Source: Bacteroidota bacterium (GTDB lineage Bacteria; Bacteroidota; Bacteroidia; Bacteroidales; Dysgonomonadaceae). From it: a stretch of DNA of 64,000 bases. A program made the position numbers and the translations under genes. Shown here piece by piece: positions 30,855 through 40,663 of the stretch (position 1 is the first letter of the stretch; each line of letters begins with the position of its first letter). The stretch lies in contig JBDLTH010000080.1 in the NCBI GenBank assembly GCA_039799165.1, positions 6,000 through 69,999 on the forward strand, written 5' to 3'. The notes beneath the pieces are model-generated. The model made no database searches. It saw only the letters and a list, made by a program, of their open reading frames with translations, and was not told the DNA's origin.

Positions 30855-31451
30855 CTAAGATAGCTTTTGTTCACCTGCTTTCACAAGTGATTTTCGGATT
30901 CGGCTTAACGATGTATCGGTTATTCCCAAATACGAAGCAATGGTTTTGAGTGGAGCATATTGGATGGTTTGAGGTTTTTCTTTCGAAAGCATTAAGTAAC
31001 GCTCCGAAGCCGAATAGGCAATCATAGATACAGACCGTTGCTTGAAATGAAACAAATTGCCCGAAAGCCATACTTTACCCCATTCTCTAAAGCCATCAAG
31101 TGAATGAAAGAGTTCTTTAAAAACATCGAAATTGATTTGATAGCAAATGCAATCGGTCAATGCCTGAATACTTTCTTTTGTAGGTATACGCTCAAACAGT
31201 GCCGATACTTCGATCACAATTTCGTTGACTGTAAAAAAATTGGTGGTTATATCGTCTCCTTTGCAGCTGTATACAAATGAGCGCATCAAACCACTTTCAA
31301 CAATAAGATATTCGTTGGCAGTCTGTCCCTCTTTTATAATAAAAGCACCTTTTTTAACATTTACTTTTTCATGGACATTCATAATCAGGATCAGCTCTTT
31401 ATCGTCAATAAGCGGGTGCTTATAGACATGTTCAAATACTTTTTTATTCAT
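30855..31451 (-). CDS. Crp/Fnr-family transcriptional regulator
   Basis: cNMP-binding fold (KKGAFIIKEG, SGLMRSF), C-terminal IASYLGITDTSLSRIR HTH. Confidence 0.9.
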   Translation of the reverse strand: MNKKVFEHVYKHPLIDDKELILIMNVHEKVNVKKGAFIIKEGQTANEYLIVESGLMRSFVYSCKGDDITTNFFTVNEIVIEVSALFERIPTKESIQALTDCICYQINFDVFKELFHSLDGFREWGKVWLSGNLFHFKQRSVSMIAYSASERYLMLSKEKPQTIQYAPLKTIASYLGITDTSLSRIRKSLVKAGEQKLS

Positions 31452-31530
31452 ATTCTAAGTATTATTTGGTATGTTTTGTAATTTGATAACCTAAATAGTA
31501 TGTTCTTGATAGTATAGTCTGGTAAAAGCA

Positions 31531-31572
31531 AAAATGGGATAAACAAGCGTTTTCAGATTGTTTATCCCATTT
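31531..31572 (-). terminator. Terminator after DUF349 gene
   Basis: aaatgggataaacaa/ttgtttatcccattt stem, A run at 5' side gives a U tract on the minus strand. Confidence 0.7.
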
Positions 31573-31602
31573 GTATAAGAGAGATACAGATTTGCAGTCT
31601 GG

Positions 31603-33474
31603 TTATTCTATTTCTTTAAGATTTTGGTCAATCGCTTCCACTTTTTTGGCGATCAATTCGAGTTCGTTTCTTAAATCTTGAATCTTATGCTCCATTTCTT
31701 TAAACAATCCGCTTCCGCTAGCACCTTTTGATACCGATAAAAATCCCATATTGTTTTCGTAGGTTTGCAAATCTTGCTTCACCTTGTTCAAATGGTGCAT
31801 CAATCGTTCCCTTTCTCTGAAGAGTTTGTTTCTTGGGTTTTCGGCTTTCGACAGATCATCCATATTGGATTTGAACGATTGTAGTCTACGTTCCGATTTG
31901 TCCATCTTCAAGCGTTCAAATTGCTTGTCCAAAGCACCCTGATACTCGTGGTATATTTTATCCTTTTCTTTGAATGGAACAAAACCAATGGCATGCCACT
32001 CGTCCATCAACGAGCGTAATGTATTCATTGCCTCATTTGGATCTGCAACTTCCGAGAGGGCTTCGATTTTTAGAAGCAAGTCTTTTTTCTTTAGCAGGTT
32101 TTCAGTCTCCTCGGTTTTTTGAGACGAGGTGTTTTTGTTTTTTTGCTCAAAAAAGTAGTCGCATGCTGCTACAAACTGTTTCCAAACAACGTCTGAATGT
32201 TTGTGAGGTACAGGGCCTATTTTTTTCCATTCTTTCTGGATGACGATCATCTCGTCCGTCGTTTTTTTCCAATCAGTACTATCTTTCAATGCCTCAGCTT
32301 TTTCGCACAAAGCCTTTTTTAGGTTGAGATTTTCCTCCATCCTGTCGCGCTGATTCTTGAAAAATATGGCTTTCTTCTCGAAGAACGTGTCGCACAAAGC
32401 TCTGTATTCTTCAAAAATCTGATTGTTGTATTTTTTAGGAACAAAGCCAATCGTTTTCCATTTCGCTTGATGTGCCAGTACCTCTTTGTTTTTATCGTCC
32501 CACTCTTTGAAGGTGTTTAATGCACTATAGTCAATCGCCTTTAGAGCTTCGCATATCAATGTTTTTTCGGTCAAGTTATTCTCTTCTTGCCCTTTCATCG
32601 TTTCAAAGTGAGTTTGGTGTTTTTTGTTTATTTCGGTAGATGCCGCTTTAAACTTTTCCCAAACCTCATCTCTTATCTCTTTCGACACAGGTCCTATTTC
32701 CCTCCATTGATGGTGGAAGTTTTGCAACTGATGAAATGCGGATACAATATCCGATTCTTCTTGTAGTTTTTCAACAGCTTCTATAATTGAGTTTTTTAGC
32801 TCCAAGTTTTTCTTGAAATCATAATCTCTAAACTCATTGTTTATTTTTATGATGTCATAGAATTTTTCAGATTGCATCTGATATGCCTTCCACAGTTCAT
32901 TTACTTTGGCAATGGGTACGTGTTTTATTTCGTTCCACTGTTGCTGTAGTTCTTTAAACTCTTTGTATAGTTTATTGAAGTCGTCGGTGCTTTCAGTCAA
33001 GCCTCTTATGGCTTCTATTACAGCCAATTTCTTTTTCAGATTTTCTTCCTTCAGCTTATCTTCGTCAGCAATGGCTTTTGCTCTTTTCTCTTTTATTGTA
33101 TTTAGTAGTGTTTTGAATGTTTCTTCAAGCGAATCTATTGGATGTGCAAAGTCGGATTCACTGCCACCATCAGCCAAAAAGCGTTCTTTGAGAGCTTCGT
33201 TTTCTGCCGACTTTAATTTAAAGAACGAATGCTTCAGGCTATCCACATCGGCACGTGTGGGCACAATAGGCTGTGTAGACAGTTCTTTTAGCCGAGCAAT
33301 AATTTCCTCTTTTGTCAACAATTGGTGTGTTGGCAACTGAGTGTTAGTTGTTACTTCTGCTTGCACTTCCTCTATAGTTTGTAGTTCTATATCGGTTTTC
33401 GTTTCGATGTTTACATTTTCGTTGTCCACAGCCGATAGGTTTGCTTGCAATGCAGGGTCTAGATTCTCATTCAT
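31603..33474 (-). CDS. DUF349 domain-containing protein
   Basis: Repeated LQ..W..IG.V...W..F helical units, ENL..K..LCE.AE. Confidence 0.88.
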   Translation of the reverse strand: MNENLDPALQANLSAVDNENVNIETKTDIELQTIEEVQAEVTTNTQLPTHQLLTKEEIIARLKELSTQPIVPTRADVDSLKHSFFKLKSAENEALKERFLADGGSESDFAHPIDSLEETFKTLLNTIKEKRAKAIADEDKLKEENLKKKLAVIEAIRGLTESTDDFNKLYKEFKELQQQWNEIKHVPIAKVNELWKAYQMQSEKFYDIIKINNEFRDYDFKKNLELKNSIIEAVEKLQEESDIVSAFHQLQNFHHQWREIGPVSKEIRDEVWEKFKAASTEINKKHQTHFETMKGQEENNLTEKTLICEALKAIDYSALNTFKEWDDKNKEVLAHQAKWKTIGFVPKKYNNQIFEEYRALCDTFFEKKAIFFKNQRDRMEENLNLKKALCEKAEALKDSTDWKKTTDEMIVIQKEWKKIGPVPHKHSDVVWKQFVAACDYFFEQKNKNTSSQKTEETENLLKKKDLLLKIEALSEVADPNEAMNTLRSLMDEWHAIGFVPFKEKDKIYHEYQGALDKQFERLKMDKSERRLQSFKSNMDDLSKAENPRNKLFRERERLMHHLNKVKQDLQTYENNMGFLSVSKGASGSGLFKEMEHKIQDLRNELELIAKKVEAIDQNLKEIE

Positions 33475-33690
33475 AATAACGTAAGTTAGATTAGAAAAAC
33501 ACTTCTAAATATTCCAATAATACAAATTAATGAAATATTTTCGGTATTATGGTTATATCTCTTTTTAATTTTTGGGTATTTTTCAGTAGGTAACTTTTTA
33601 GTCCAACAAAATCGTATCGGCAGTACATGTTTTCATGCCGTATATTATGTATATTTGTTGTCGAAAAAAAAATTAATACACTATTGTAAG

Positions 33691-34143
33691 ATGAACGAAT
33701 TGGAAATAAACTACAGTTATACGAAAACGCAGAAGTTGTTTTATCTGGTCGTTGGTGCATACATCAGTTTGTATGGTATGTATAAATGCGTATTGTTGGC
33801 GTTGGCTAATACGTTATCAATCGAATTTTATTTGGCACTAACAGCCTTGATATTGGGTGTGATACAGATACTAGCGGTTACGTTGTGGGTATCAAAGCCA
33901 ATATTTAGGGTAGATTCTGAATCAATATATGTTAATATGGTAAATCTAAAATCGGTATATACTGCACACTGGATCGATATAAAAGAAGTGGGCTTGGGTA
34001 TAAGCTACCTCAAATTTACAGAAACCAATGGTAAAGCATATCAAGTAGATATAAGCGAACTGAAATATAATGATTTGAAATCTGTAAAAAGTAAGATTAT
34101 CGAGTTTTGCGAATCGAAGCGTATTCCTTACCGAAACGATTGA
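33691..34143 (+). CDS. Hypothetical two-TM membrane protein
   Basis: Clean ORF, two hydrophobic helices, followed by terminator; ATG 33691 preferred. Confidence 0.7.
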   Translation: MNELEINYSYTKTQKLFYLVVGAYISLYGMYKCVLLALANTLSIEFYLALTALILGVIQILAVTLWVSKPIFRVDSESIYVNMVNLKSVYTAHWIDIKEVGLGISYLKFTETNGKAYQVDISELKYNDLKSVKSKIIEFCESKRIPYRND

Positions 34144-34161
34144 GTCGAATGATTAGTATAC

Positions 34162-34196
34162 AAGACGGAGAGCTTTTTTTAGCCCTCCGTCTTTTT
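34162..34196. terminator. Bidirectional terminator
   Basis: aagacggagagc...gccctccgtctt plus T run. Confidence 0.7.
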
Positions 34197-34197
34197 A

Positions 34198-34821
34198 TTA
34201 TATAGCCTCTTGTACCTTTTTTTCTACAGGTATGTGCGTGCTTCGGCACGACAGGTCTATTCCTGTTTCTTTCTCAAGGTTGGCAATAAACGACTTTACA
34301 TTTACTTTGTAGTGACGGTCGTATAGCCACGATACACTGTTTATTTCGTTGGGGTTGGGGATACTATTGATGTATACCTTACCCTCATTCGGGTTGTTTA
34401 TAATAATGATTAATTCGGAAAAACTCCAATCGCGTCCTCCTTTTTTACCATACGCTTGTACATAATTATCGTCATGTATATCGATAATCCATTCCATATC
34501 AACACTGCTACGGGCTAGTGTATCGTAAAATTGAGTTGGGCTACATTGTATATCTAATACCTGAAACTTGAGTGCTTTGGACTGATTGATAAACAACCTG
34601 ATGCTAATGCCCATAAAGAATAAGGATGCGATAAATAAATAATTAGCGTAATAGGGGTTGACTCTGTACAAATCGACTGTCGATATACAAAACAGAATAC
34701 TTAGTACAGCCAGTGCAATAGGCACGATGTGGTAATGGTAAATCTTGTTGCGTAGAGAAATCTTAATTGCCTTTTTCTGTATAGAATCTCTGAAATCGAA
34801 ATTTGATAAATTGGGTCTCAT
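34198..34821 (-). CDS. Hypothetical membrane protein
   Basis: 207-aa ORF with two TM helices, no recognised motif. Confidence 0.65.
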   Translation of the reverse strand: MRPNLSNFDFRDSIQKKAIKISLRNKIYHYHIVPIALAVLSILFCISTVDLYRVNPYYANYLFIASLFFMGISIRLFINQSKALKFQVLDIQCSPTQFYDTLARSSVDMEWIIDIHDDNYVQAYGKKGGRDWSFSELIIIINNPNEGKVYINSIPNPNEINSVSWLYDRHYKVNVKSFIANLEKETGIDLSCRSTHIPVEKKVQEAI

Positions 34822-35089
34822 ATTAGGTATAAGTTTTTTGTGTTAATAAAAAAACATCAGTTTAAAACCTGAGTACATGCACAGAAGATGCAAGATTACC
34901 TATATTTAATTACCGTTTCGGTGCTAAGCTAGTAAATATTTGTTTATCCCAACATATAAAACGGCATGCGTTAACATTTTTAACTAAAATTGTGTTGAAT
35001 AATGTCTATTTTTAGTTAAATAAGGAGGGGCGAAATGTTATTGGGCTTGTGTTGTTAGTAGACAAACCCAATAATGTTTTCTTCTAAAA

Positions 35090-38000
35090 TTAGTCAAGTA
35101 CCAATTTTATAAACTTTGTTTCTTTCCCCTTGATGTCTATTTTTTTCGAATCCATTATTTTGCCATTTGCATCGCAGTTATACACCTTCATGCTAGGTTG
35201 ATATTTCGATGATATGCTAATCGGGCTATCAATCCCTGCTATTTCACGTAGTTGCACTACAATTGCATTTTCGTTCATTTGTGGCGACATGTTCACGATC
35301 AGGATATTGTGTTCATCAATAGTTATTATCGAACCACTTGGTTGTTGTATATTATTAGAAACTCCTGCCGAGAATATGCGAGATTGAAGAGGGATTCTAT
35401 TATCCCAAGCAAATTTAGTAGCCTTTGCTATTGAGTTGTCTTTAGATGAAGTCATATAATAATTCCATTCAAACTCCCCATGCTGATCGGCATTAAAATT
35501 TGTTACCCAATAGTTATTCATGGGCCACGAAAAGATGTGATTGGTTTCGGGTTTAGAATCGGGTTTGAATCGTCCGAGGTTGATATTTCCAAATTGCATC
35601 ATAGGCACTTCGGGGCTTCCCATAACTATCTGTCCTTTAGGTGATCGTACCGATGCAAAGTTTTGCACATTATTCCAGTCATTAGACGATCCAGGTATTT
35701 GATCTACACCAGCTTCGATAACACCACCCGCTACGTCAAAAAATATTTTTCCATTCTCCAACTCAAATGGAAATGCAACATAGAGGGCTTCGGGAGCAGT
35801 AACAAGTTTCTTTTTCAATTTATAATTAAAATTGATTTGCTTAGATGTTTTGTAAACCCTTATTTCGAAACTAAAATTGTTTGTGTCCATCCCTGCAGCA
35901 CTCGTTCCTGTAAATGTATACGTATCCCATATATCGCCTTTGGTCATGCCAAGGTAAGTAATATCGGTGGGTGTAACGCGCTCAAACTTGCCCGGTCTGA
36001 ATGCGTCTAAAGCCCCCCTTACATCATCTCGTTCATATATCAGTTCGCCCAACTTCCACATCGAGTTTGTTGATAAAAGATTCATATTTAATTCTTTGTC
36101 AAACCATTCACTTATCACGCCTCTTTTAATATCCATTGTTATACGATACCAAGGGTTGTCTATCACTTGGTTCTCGCTCAGCTTGCGTTCTATGGTCATA
36201 CGTGGTGTATCCGTTACATTGATGTTGTAACTCGTTAAGCTTAATGGCGAAATAGTGTCTACCCACAAAGTCCAATAACTAGCATCGGCATAGGTACGCA
36301 AACGTTGCATTTTGATTGGTTTACCATCCTTATCGCTTATTGTTACTAGCTTGTCCGAAGGTATCACTTCGTGATCGGCGTAGATGATGGTTTGTCCAGA
36401 GTAAGCCCAATTCATCGGGTTGAATACTGCAATGCTGGCATACCTTTTATCTCTATGGATATAATCTTGCAGAAGCCCCCATGCCGTCTCGCCAATTGGT
36501 CGAGAACGTCGATACGACTCCCAAGCATACGCTCCTTTATGCGCACGTTGTTCCATAGTCTCTTTCCCAAACGGATCACGTACACTGTTATGAAAACCAA
36601 ATGTATGTTCGCCAAAAAACAACAAGGCCTTGTTTGCCTCATTGATTTCGAGGTTCACCGATGTGGCAATTTCCGAACCTAGCAATTTGCTTGTGGATAG
36701 TGCTATCTGATTGGCTATCAGGTCGGTTTGAGTGAACCGAGCCATCGACACTTCACGTGCAGCTGAACCAAAACCATCGGTCCACCAGTCGGGCCATGCA
36801 GCTTGGTAGCGTTGTAGTGTATTACCATATCTTTTTTCAATATCTACCATAAATTCCGATGCCACAGCTTGCCGCAATTTGGGGAAAGCATATTTCTCGT
36901 TCCACAGCTTAATCATTGTCGAACCAGCTATGGATGGTGGCGAATTGTCGGTCAAATAGCCTGAGTACTGGATGGAAGCAATATCGTATGGGTAGTTTTT
37001 TTGTTCAAGCGTATATAGATATTCGAGCATTTGAGATTCGAAATTTTCGAAATTACCTTTCTCTACATTTAGTTTGTTTCCGTGGTGATAATGTTCGGCT
37101 CTGTAAGTGAGTGTTGCTTTACCCGAAGGCGAAATCCACCAGAAGGCAGTGGGCGTATCGAACGAGATGAGTGCCTTATGTCCATGCGTACCCATTGTTA
37201 CATATTTAACGCCCAAGTCGGGAAACAATTCACTCAAATTCCATGCAATGCCATTCACATCGTTTTGCATTGCCAGTTGCACGTTTATGCCTGCGTCTTT
37301 AAATTGCTTGATTGGGTAAAGCGAGTATGCCAATTCTTGCTCACCAGGCAGTTCGTCGTAGTTGAAGTACATGGCAGTAACCTCTATACGCCCTTCGTTT
37401 ATCCTTCGTTTCAAGCGTTCAATTTGTTTCACGGGGCGTGTACGCAAATATTCACTCACTGCCCATGAGGCTTCGCATGTCCACCTAAATTGTGCATCAA
37501 CGGGATAACTGTCTGTCATATCGCAATAGTCGAGTGCATAATCGATAAAGCGTAAATGCTCCGATAGTATCTCGTGCTGAGCCCGTGTATAACCAATGTC
37601 GGTGTGGCTATGTTGTACAAAATTAACAGACCATTCTTTGGTTGGTTTTAGAACAAGGGGTGTTGTGGCAGAGCCTTCAGCTGTAGTTACTGTAACGATG
37701 TCGTTGTATTCTTTTTTAGCAGGGTCTATGTATAATTTAATCTTATTTATCCCCAATTGTACGTTTTGTTGCAACTTGGTATTTCCCAATTCTATTTCGG
37801 CTTTTGTCGGCATTCCAAAATGCGAGTAATCAATGTCTACAACTTGCTTGCCATTGCTTTTGAGTATACCTGCTGTAGCTATGGCAGTAACACCCTGTTG
37901 GATGGGTGCCTGAAAAATCATCACCCAGCTATTACTACCACCTTCCGTATTTTCTATTCTGAAGGTTACAGGTTTTTCTTTGCCAAGCGGATTGGATGGC

Positions 38001-38452
38001 ATTGTGAGATACATATATCCAAATCGATCGCCACTACCGTTTTGGCTTACTTGCTCGAATGTGAGTGTCGATTTATCATTGCCCTTTACCGACCATCCTT
38101 GATGGTGTGGAATCTGAAATGTTGCTATTTTTTTATCATTGGCATAGAGTACAAATTCGGGAGAAACTCCTCCTAAATACATGTTGGAGGTAGCGGCTGT
38201 GAAAACAAAATTTACTTCCGATTTCAATGTTTTGGGCAGAGCATCACTTTGCCATTCCATCACTTGGCGTTCTTTGGCACTCCTTACAATCATTGCTTTT
38301 GTTGCAGTTTTTACATGCGATCCATAATCAATGTCTGTACCCGATATTTTGTGATGATAACCCTGCACGATTGTGCAATCTCGCATCGGAAAAGCAAAAA
38401 TAAGGCTAAGGCTGAGAATGTTAAGCGTAATGAGAAGTAAGGTTTTTTTCAT
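35090..38452 (-). CDS. GH38-like (alpha-mannosidase-type) glycoside hydrolase, secreted
   Basis: VQHSHTDIGYT metal motif, QNDVNG, PDWWTDG, EHTFG, YVAFPF; signal peptide. Confidence 0.8.
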   Translation of the reverse strand: MKKTLLLITLNILSLSLIFAFPMRDCTIVQGYHHKISGTDIDYGSHVKTATKAMIVRSAKERQVMEWQSDALPKTLKSEVNFVFTAATSNMYLGGVSPEFVLYANDKKIATFQIPHHQGWSVKGNDKSTLTFEQVSQNGSGDRFGYMYLTMPSNPLGKEKPVTFRIENTEGGSNSWVMIFQAPIQQGVTAIATAGILKSNGKQVVDIDYSHFGMPTKAEIELGNTKLQQNVQLGINKIKLYIDPAKKEYNDIVTVTTAEGSATTPLVLKPTKEWSVNFVQHSHTDIGYTRAQHEILSEHLRFIDYALDYCDMTDSYPVDAQFRWTCEASWAVSEYLRTRPVKQIERLKRRINEGRIEVTAMYFNYDELPGEQELAYSLYPIKQFKDAGINVQLAMQNDVNGIAWNLSELFPDLGVKYVTMGTHGHKALISFDTPTAFWWISPSGKATLTYRAEHYHHGNKLNVEKGNFENFESQMLEYLYTLEQKNYPYDIASIQYSGYLTDNSPPSIAGSTMIKLWNEKYAFPKLRQAVASEFMVDIEKRYGNTLQRYQAAWPDWWTDGFGSAAREVSMARFTQTDLIANQIALSTSKLLGSEIATSVNLEINEANKALLFFGEHTFGFHNSVRDPFGKETMEQRAHKGAYAWESYRRSRPIGETAWGLLQDYIHRDKRYASIAVFNPMNWAYSGQTIIYADHEVIPSDKLVTISDKDGKPIKMQRLRTYADASYWTLWVDTISPLSLTSYNINVTDTPRMTIERKLSENQVIDNPWYRITMDIKRGVISEWFDKELNMNLLSTNSMWKLGELIYERDDVRGALDAFRPGKFERVTPTDITYLGMTKGDIWDTYTFTGTSAAGMDTNNFSFEIRVYKTSKQINFNYKLKKKLVTAPEALYVAFPFELENGKIFFDVAGGVIEAGVDQIPGSSNDWNNVQNFASVRSPKGQIVMGSPEVPMMQFGNINLGRFKPDSKPETNHIFSWPMNNYWVTNFNADQHGEFEWNYYMTSSKDNSIAKATKFAWDNRIPLQSRIFSAGVSNNIQQPSGSIITIDEHNILIVNMSPQMNENAIVVQLREIAGIDSPISISSKYQPSMKVYNCDANGKIMDSKKIDIKGKETKFIKLVLD

Positions 38453-38467
38453 CTTGTTTTTTGTTTA

Positions 38468-38481
38468 GAGCCTGTTTAAAT
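38468..38481 (+). repeat. IS terminal repeat copy 1
   Basis: gagcctgtttaaat preceded by TA. Confidence 0.85.
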
Positions 38482-38657
38482 CTAAAGATATTAAAAACAG
38501 TGACCATTATAATTCGAACTTGGTTCTCGTTGAGCGTTAAGCATGCTAACATTTTTAAATGAAACGACTAAAATTTAGACAATTACTTAATCGATACCCC
38601 ATAGAATACAATAATAGCGTTTTTAGACGATACTTGCAAAAGAAAATCTTTTTTTAA

Positions 38658-38671
38658 GAGCCTGTTTAAAT
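38658..38671 (+). repeat. IS terminal repeat copy 2 (contains transposase stop codon)
   Basis: gagcctgtttaaat identical to copy 1, 190 bp away, direct orientation. Confidence 0.85.
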
Positions 38672-39431
38672 TTTATTCAACAATAATTTTATAGAAGCAA
38701 TTTTGACTATTTCTTCGGCAGAATCAAAAGTCGTTTCATAATTTCGACACAACCTTCTGTTATAATCCAGCCAAGCAAATGTTCTCTCAAGGGCTCAACG
38801 TTTTTTAATAGGTCTGAAGCCCTACTTTTATAGTTGCTAATGACTACTTGTAAAATATAGCCAAATGTATTTCTAATATTATCAGCCAATTAACCTCTGT
38901 ATCTACCGTCTGCAATACTGGTTTTTATAGAAGAGCAAAGCTCTTCAAGAACGCACATAAGAAGCATTGCGGTTTTGTTGTCATTGATATTAGCTACCGT
39001 AATCATTACGGCTATCAAAAAACCATTTTTATCAACTACAACATGACGTTTGATACCTTTTACTTTTTTGTTACCATCAATTCCATTCAAAGCTTTATTG
39101 TTGCTCCATTTTACGCTTTGACTATCAATAAATTCCCAAAGAGGCTTCTGGTTTCTGTCCTCGCCTAATCCTAACCGATTCCCACAGCTTACTTGCCAGT
39201 AAATCAAATTTATGGTAGTTAGACCATTTTCGAAACATAGTAATAAACCAATTCCCATTTGGGGTATTCTTTTGGCAACATACGCCATTGACAAGTGCTT
39301 CTTACCAAATAAAAAATGGCATTCCATATCTCTGCTAATTCATGTTTGCGTTTACGTTCTTGTGGTAATAAAACTTTTTCTATAAATTGCCACTGGTTAT
39401 CGGTTAAGTCGGTTGCATAATTTTTATTCAT
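38666..39431 (-). pseudogene. IS5-family (DUF4096 + DDE) transposase pseudogene
   Basis: YATDLTDNQWQ, CQWRMLPKEYPKWELVYYY, IDSQSVK, KVKGIKRHVVVD, ADGRYRG, ERTFAWL...RRLCRNYE...IKLLLNKI*; several frameshifts and in-frame stops. Confidence 0.92.
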
Positions 39432-39627
39432 TTTGATTTAATATGTTTATAATCTTGTATTTATAAATAAAAAATCAATTTAAAAACTAATCCTATAAGG
39501 GAAGAAGATGTATTTTTTAGCAACTAGAGTTTATATTGATTAATCGTTTATAGGATCTGATATTTTGGAATTATGTATAGGCAGGGAATTTCAAAAAGAC
39601 AGTTTTCCAAAACATTGTGTAAATTAA

Positions 39628-39828
39628 AAGTCATTAGGAAATTCAAATGCTGGATCTCAATCCTCAAGTAACATCCTCGGTTCTAGGGGATATCCTCATT
39701 CTTCAGAGGGTGAGGCAAAAGGACAAAATATTTATGTGCAGGGTACTACTCATACTACAATTCAAGACGATGCAGGAAATCATATACAAAACAAAATAAA
39801 TGAGAGAATTGATGAATTTCATAAATAA
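39628..39828 (+). pseudogene. Start-less open frame, probable C-terminal remnant of a larger gene
   Basis: 66 sense codons KSLGNSNAGSQ...NKINERIDEFHK* overlapping the next ATG. Confidence 0.4.
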
Positions 39829-40243
39829 TAAACTGTTTTGGGTTTTAGTACCTATATTAATGATCGTTTTAATCTTTTTATTTTATTGTATTTGCTTTTT
39901 TCGAAGTCAGACAGATACAAATGATGTGATAATTTCAGGTTTTGTATATGACCTAAAAACAAAAAAAACTTTGGGAGATGTAAATGTCAAGGTTTTTAAT
40001 TATCGATTTGAGGATGATCATGGATTTCAAAATTATGATGAGTATTTGGGTTTTGATACTATTTATGTCAAAACCTCTCATGACGGCACTTATAAAGTAT
40101 CTATACCAAAAAGTGCATTTATTCGTATTTATTTTATACATGACGGATTTATTAGTCTAAGTGACACTAGTATCTTTTCGGAAAAGAAAATATTTCTTGA
40201 TGCTTATCTGATACCCCAAAATGTACGTGTTAAAGAAGAATAA
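39812..40243 (+). CDS. Membrane-anchored protein with carboxypeptidase-regulatory-like domain (IS passenger)
   Basis: N-terminal TM then ISGFVYDLKTKKTLGDVNV...T..DG.Y; start 39812 or 39800. Confidence 0.65.
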   Translation: MNFINNKLFWVLVPILMIVLIFLFYCICFFRSQTDTNDVIISGFVYDLKTKKTLGDVNVKVFNYRFEDDHGFQNYDEYLGFDTIYVKTSHDGTYKVSIPKSAFIRIYFIHDGFISLSDTSIFSEKKIFLDAYLIPQNVRVKEE

Positions 40244-40317
40244 ACCTAGTAGCAGTTTAGAAGATAGAAAAAGAAAGTGTTTTCGAGTAAAATAATCTAA
40301 ATAACCTTTTATCTAAA

Positions 40318-40332
40318 ATTTAAAACAGGCTC
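40318..40332 (-). repeat. IS terminal repeat copy 3 (inverted)
   Basis: atttaaaacaggctc, reverse complement of copies 1/2 with one extra base, followed by TA. Confidence 0.85.
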
Positions 40333-40360
40333 TAGGTATAATCTTTTTGTGCGTGTTTGC

Positions 40361-40645
40361 CTAGCTTCCGAGCAGAAATACAAACAAATAAGGACTTAAA
40401 AAATAGATAAGTACAGCATGTATCAGTAAAAACAGGGGGATTAGTATCTTGAATTTAAGATGTTTAGTTTTGTGCCGAAACAGGCTCATCCCTGCAAAAG
40501 CTCCTGCCGAACCAAAGAAAAAGGCTGCCAGTAACAGCTTCTGTTCGCTGATTCTGTATTGCCCCCTTTTTGCCTTACGTTTGTCTTGTGCATACATCAA
40601 CAAAACAAAAGCATTCCACACCACCAAGGCTACAACTAGATACAT
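40361..40645 (-). CDS. DUF1294 domain membrane protein
   Basis: Y.QDKRKA....RISE..L......GSAGA..GM.LFRHKTKH.KF. Confidence 0.9.
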   Translation of the reverse strand: MYLVVALVVWNAFVLLMYAQDKRKAKRGQYRISEQKLLLAAFFFGSAGAFAGMSLFRHKTKHLKFKILIPLFLLIHAVLIYFLSPYLFVFLLGS

Positions 40646-40663
40646 ACGCTGAGGGGGGTGAAA

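Larger units (their letters stand above)
38468..40332. mobile_element. Decayed IS5-family composite element with passenger DNA
   Basis: TA|GAGCCTGTTTAAAT at 38468 ... ATTTAAAACAGGCTC|TA ending 40332; encloses a transposase pseudogene and a foreign ORF. Confidence 0.75.

Noticed and set aside
8589-38452. Mannan PUL formed by GH125 and GH38-like genes
   Set aside because: 25 kb apart, with no SusC/SusD or HTCS nearby
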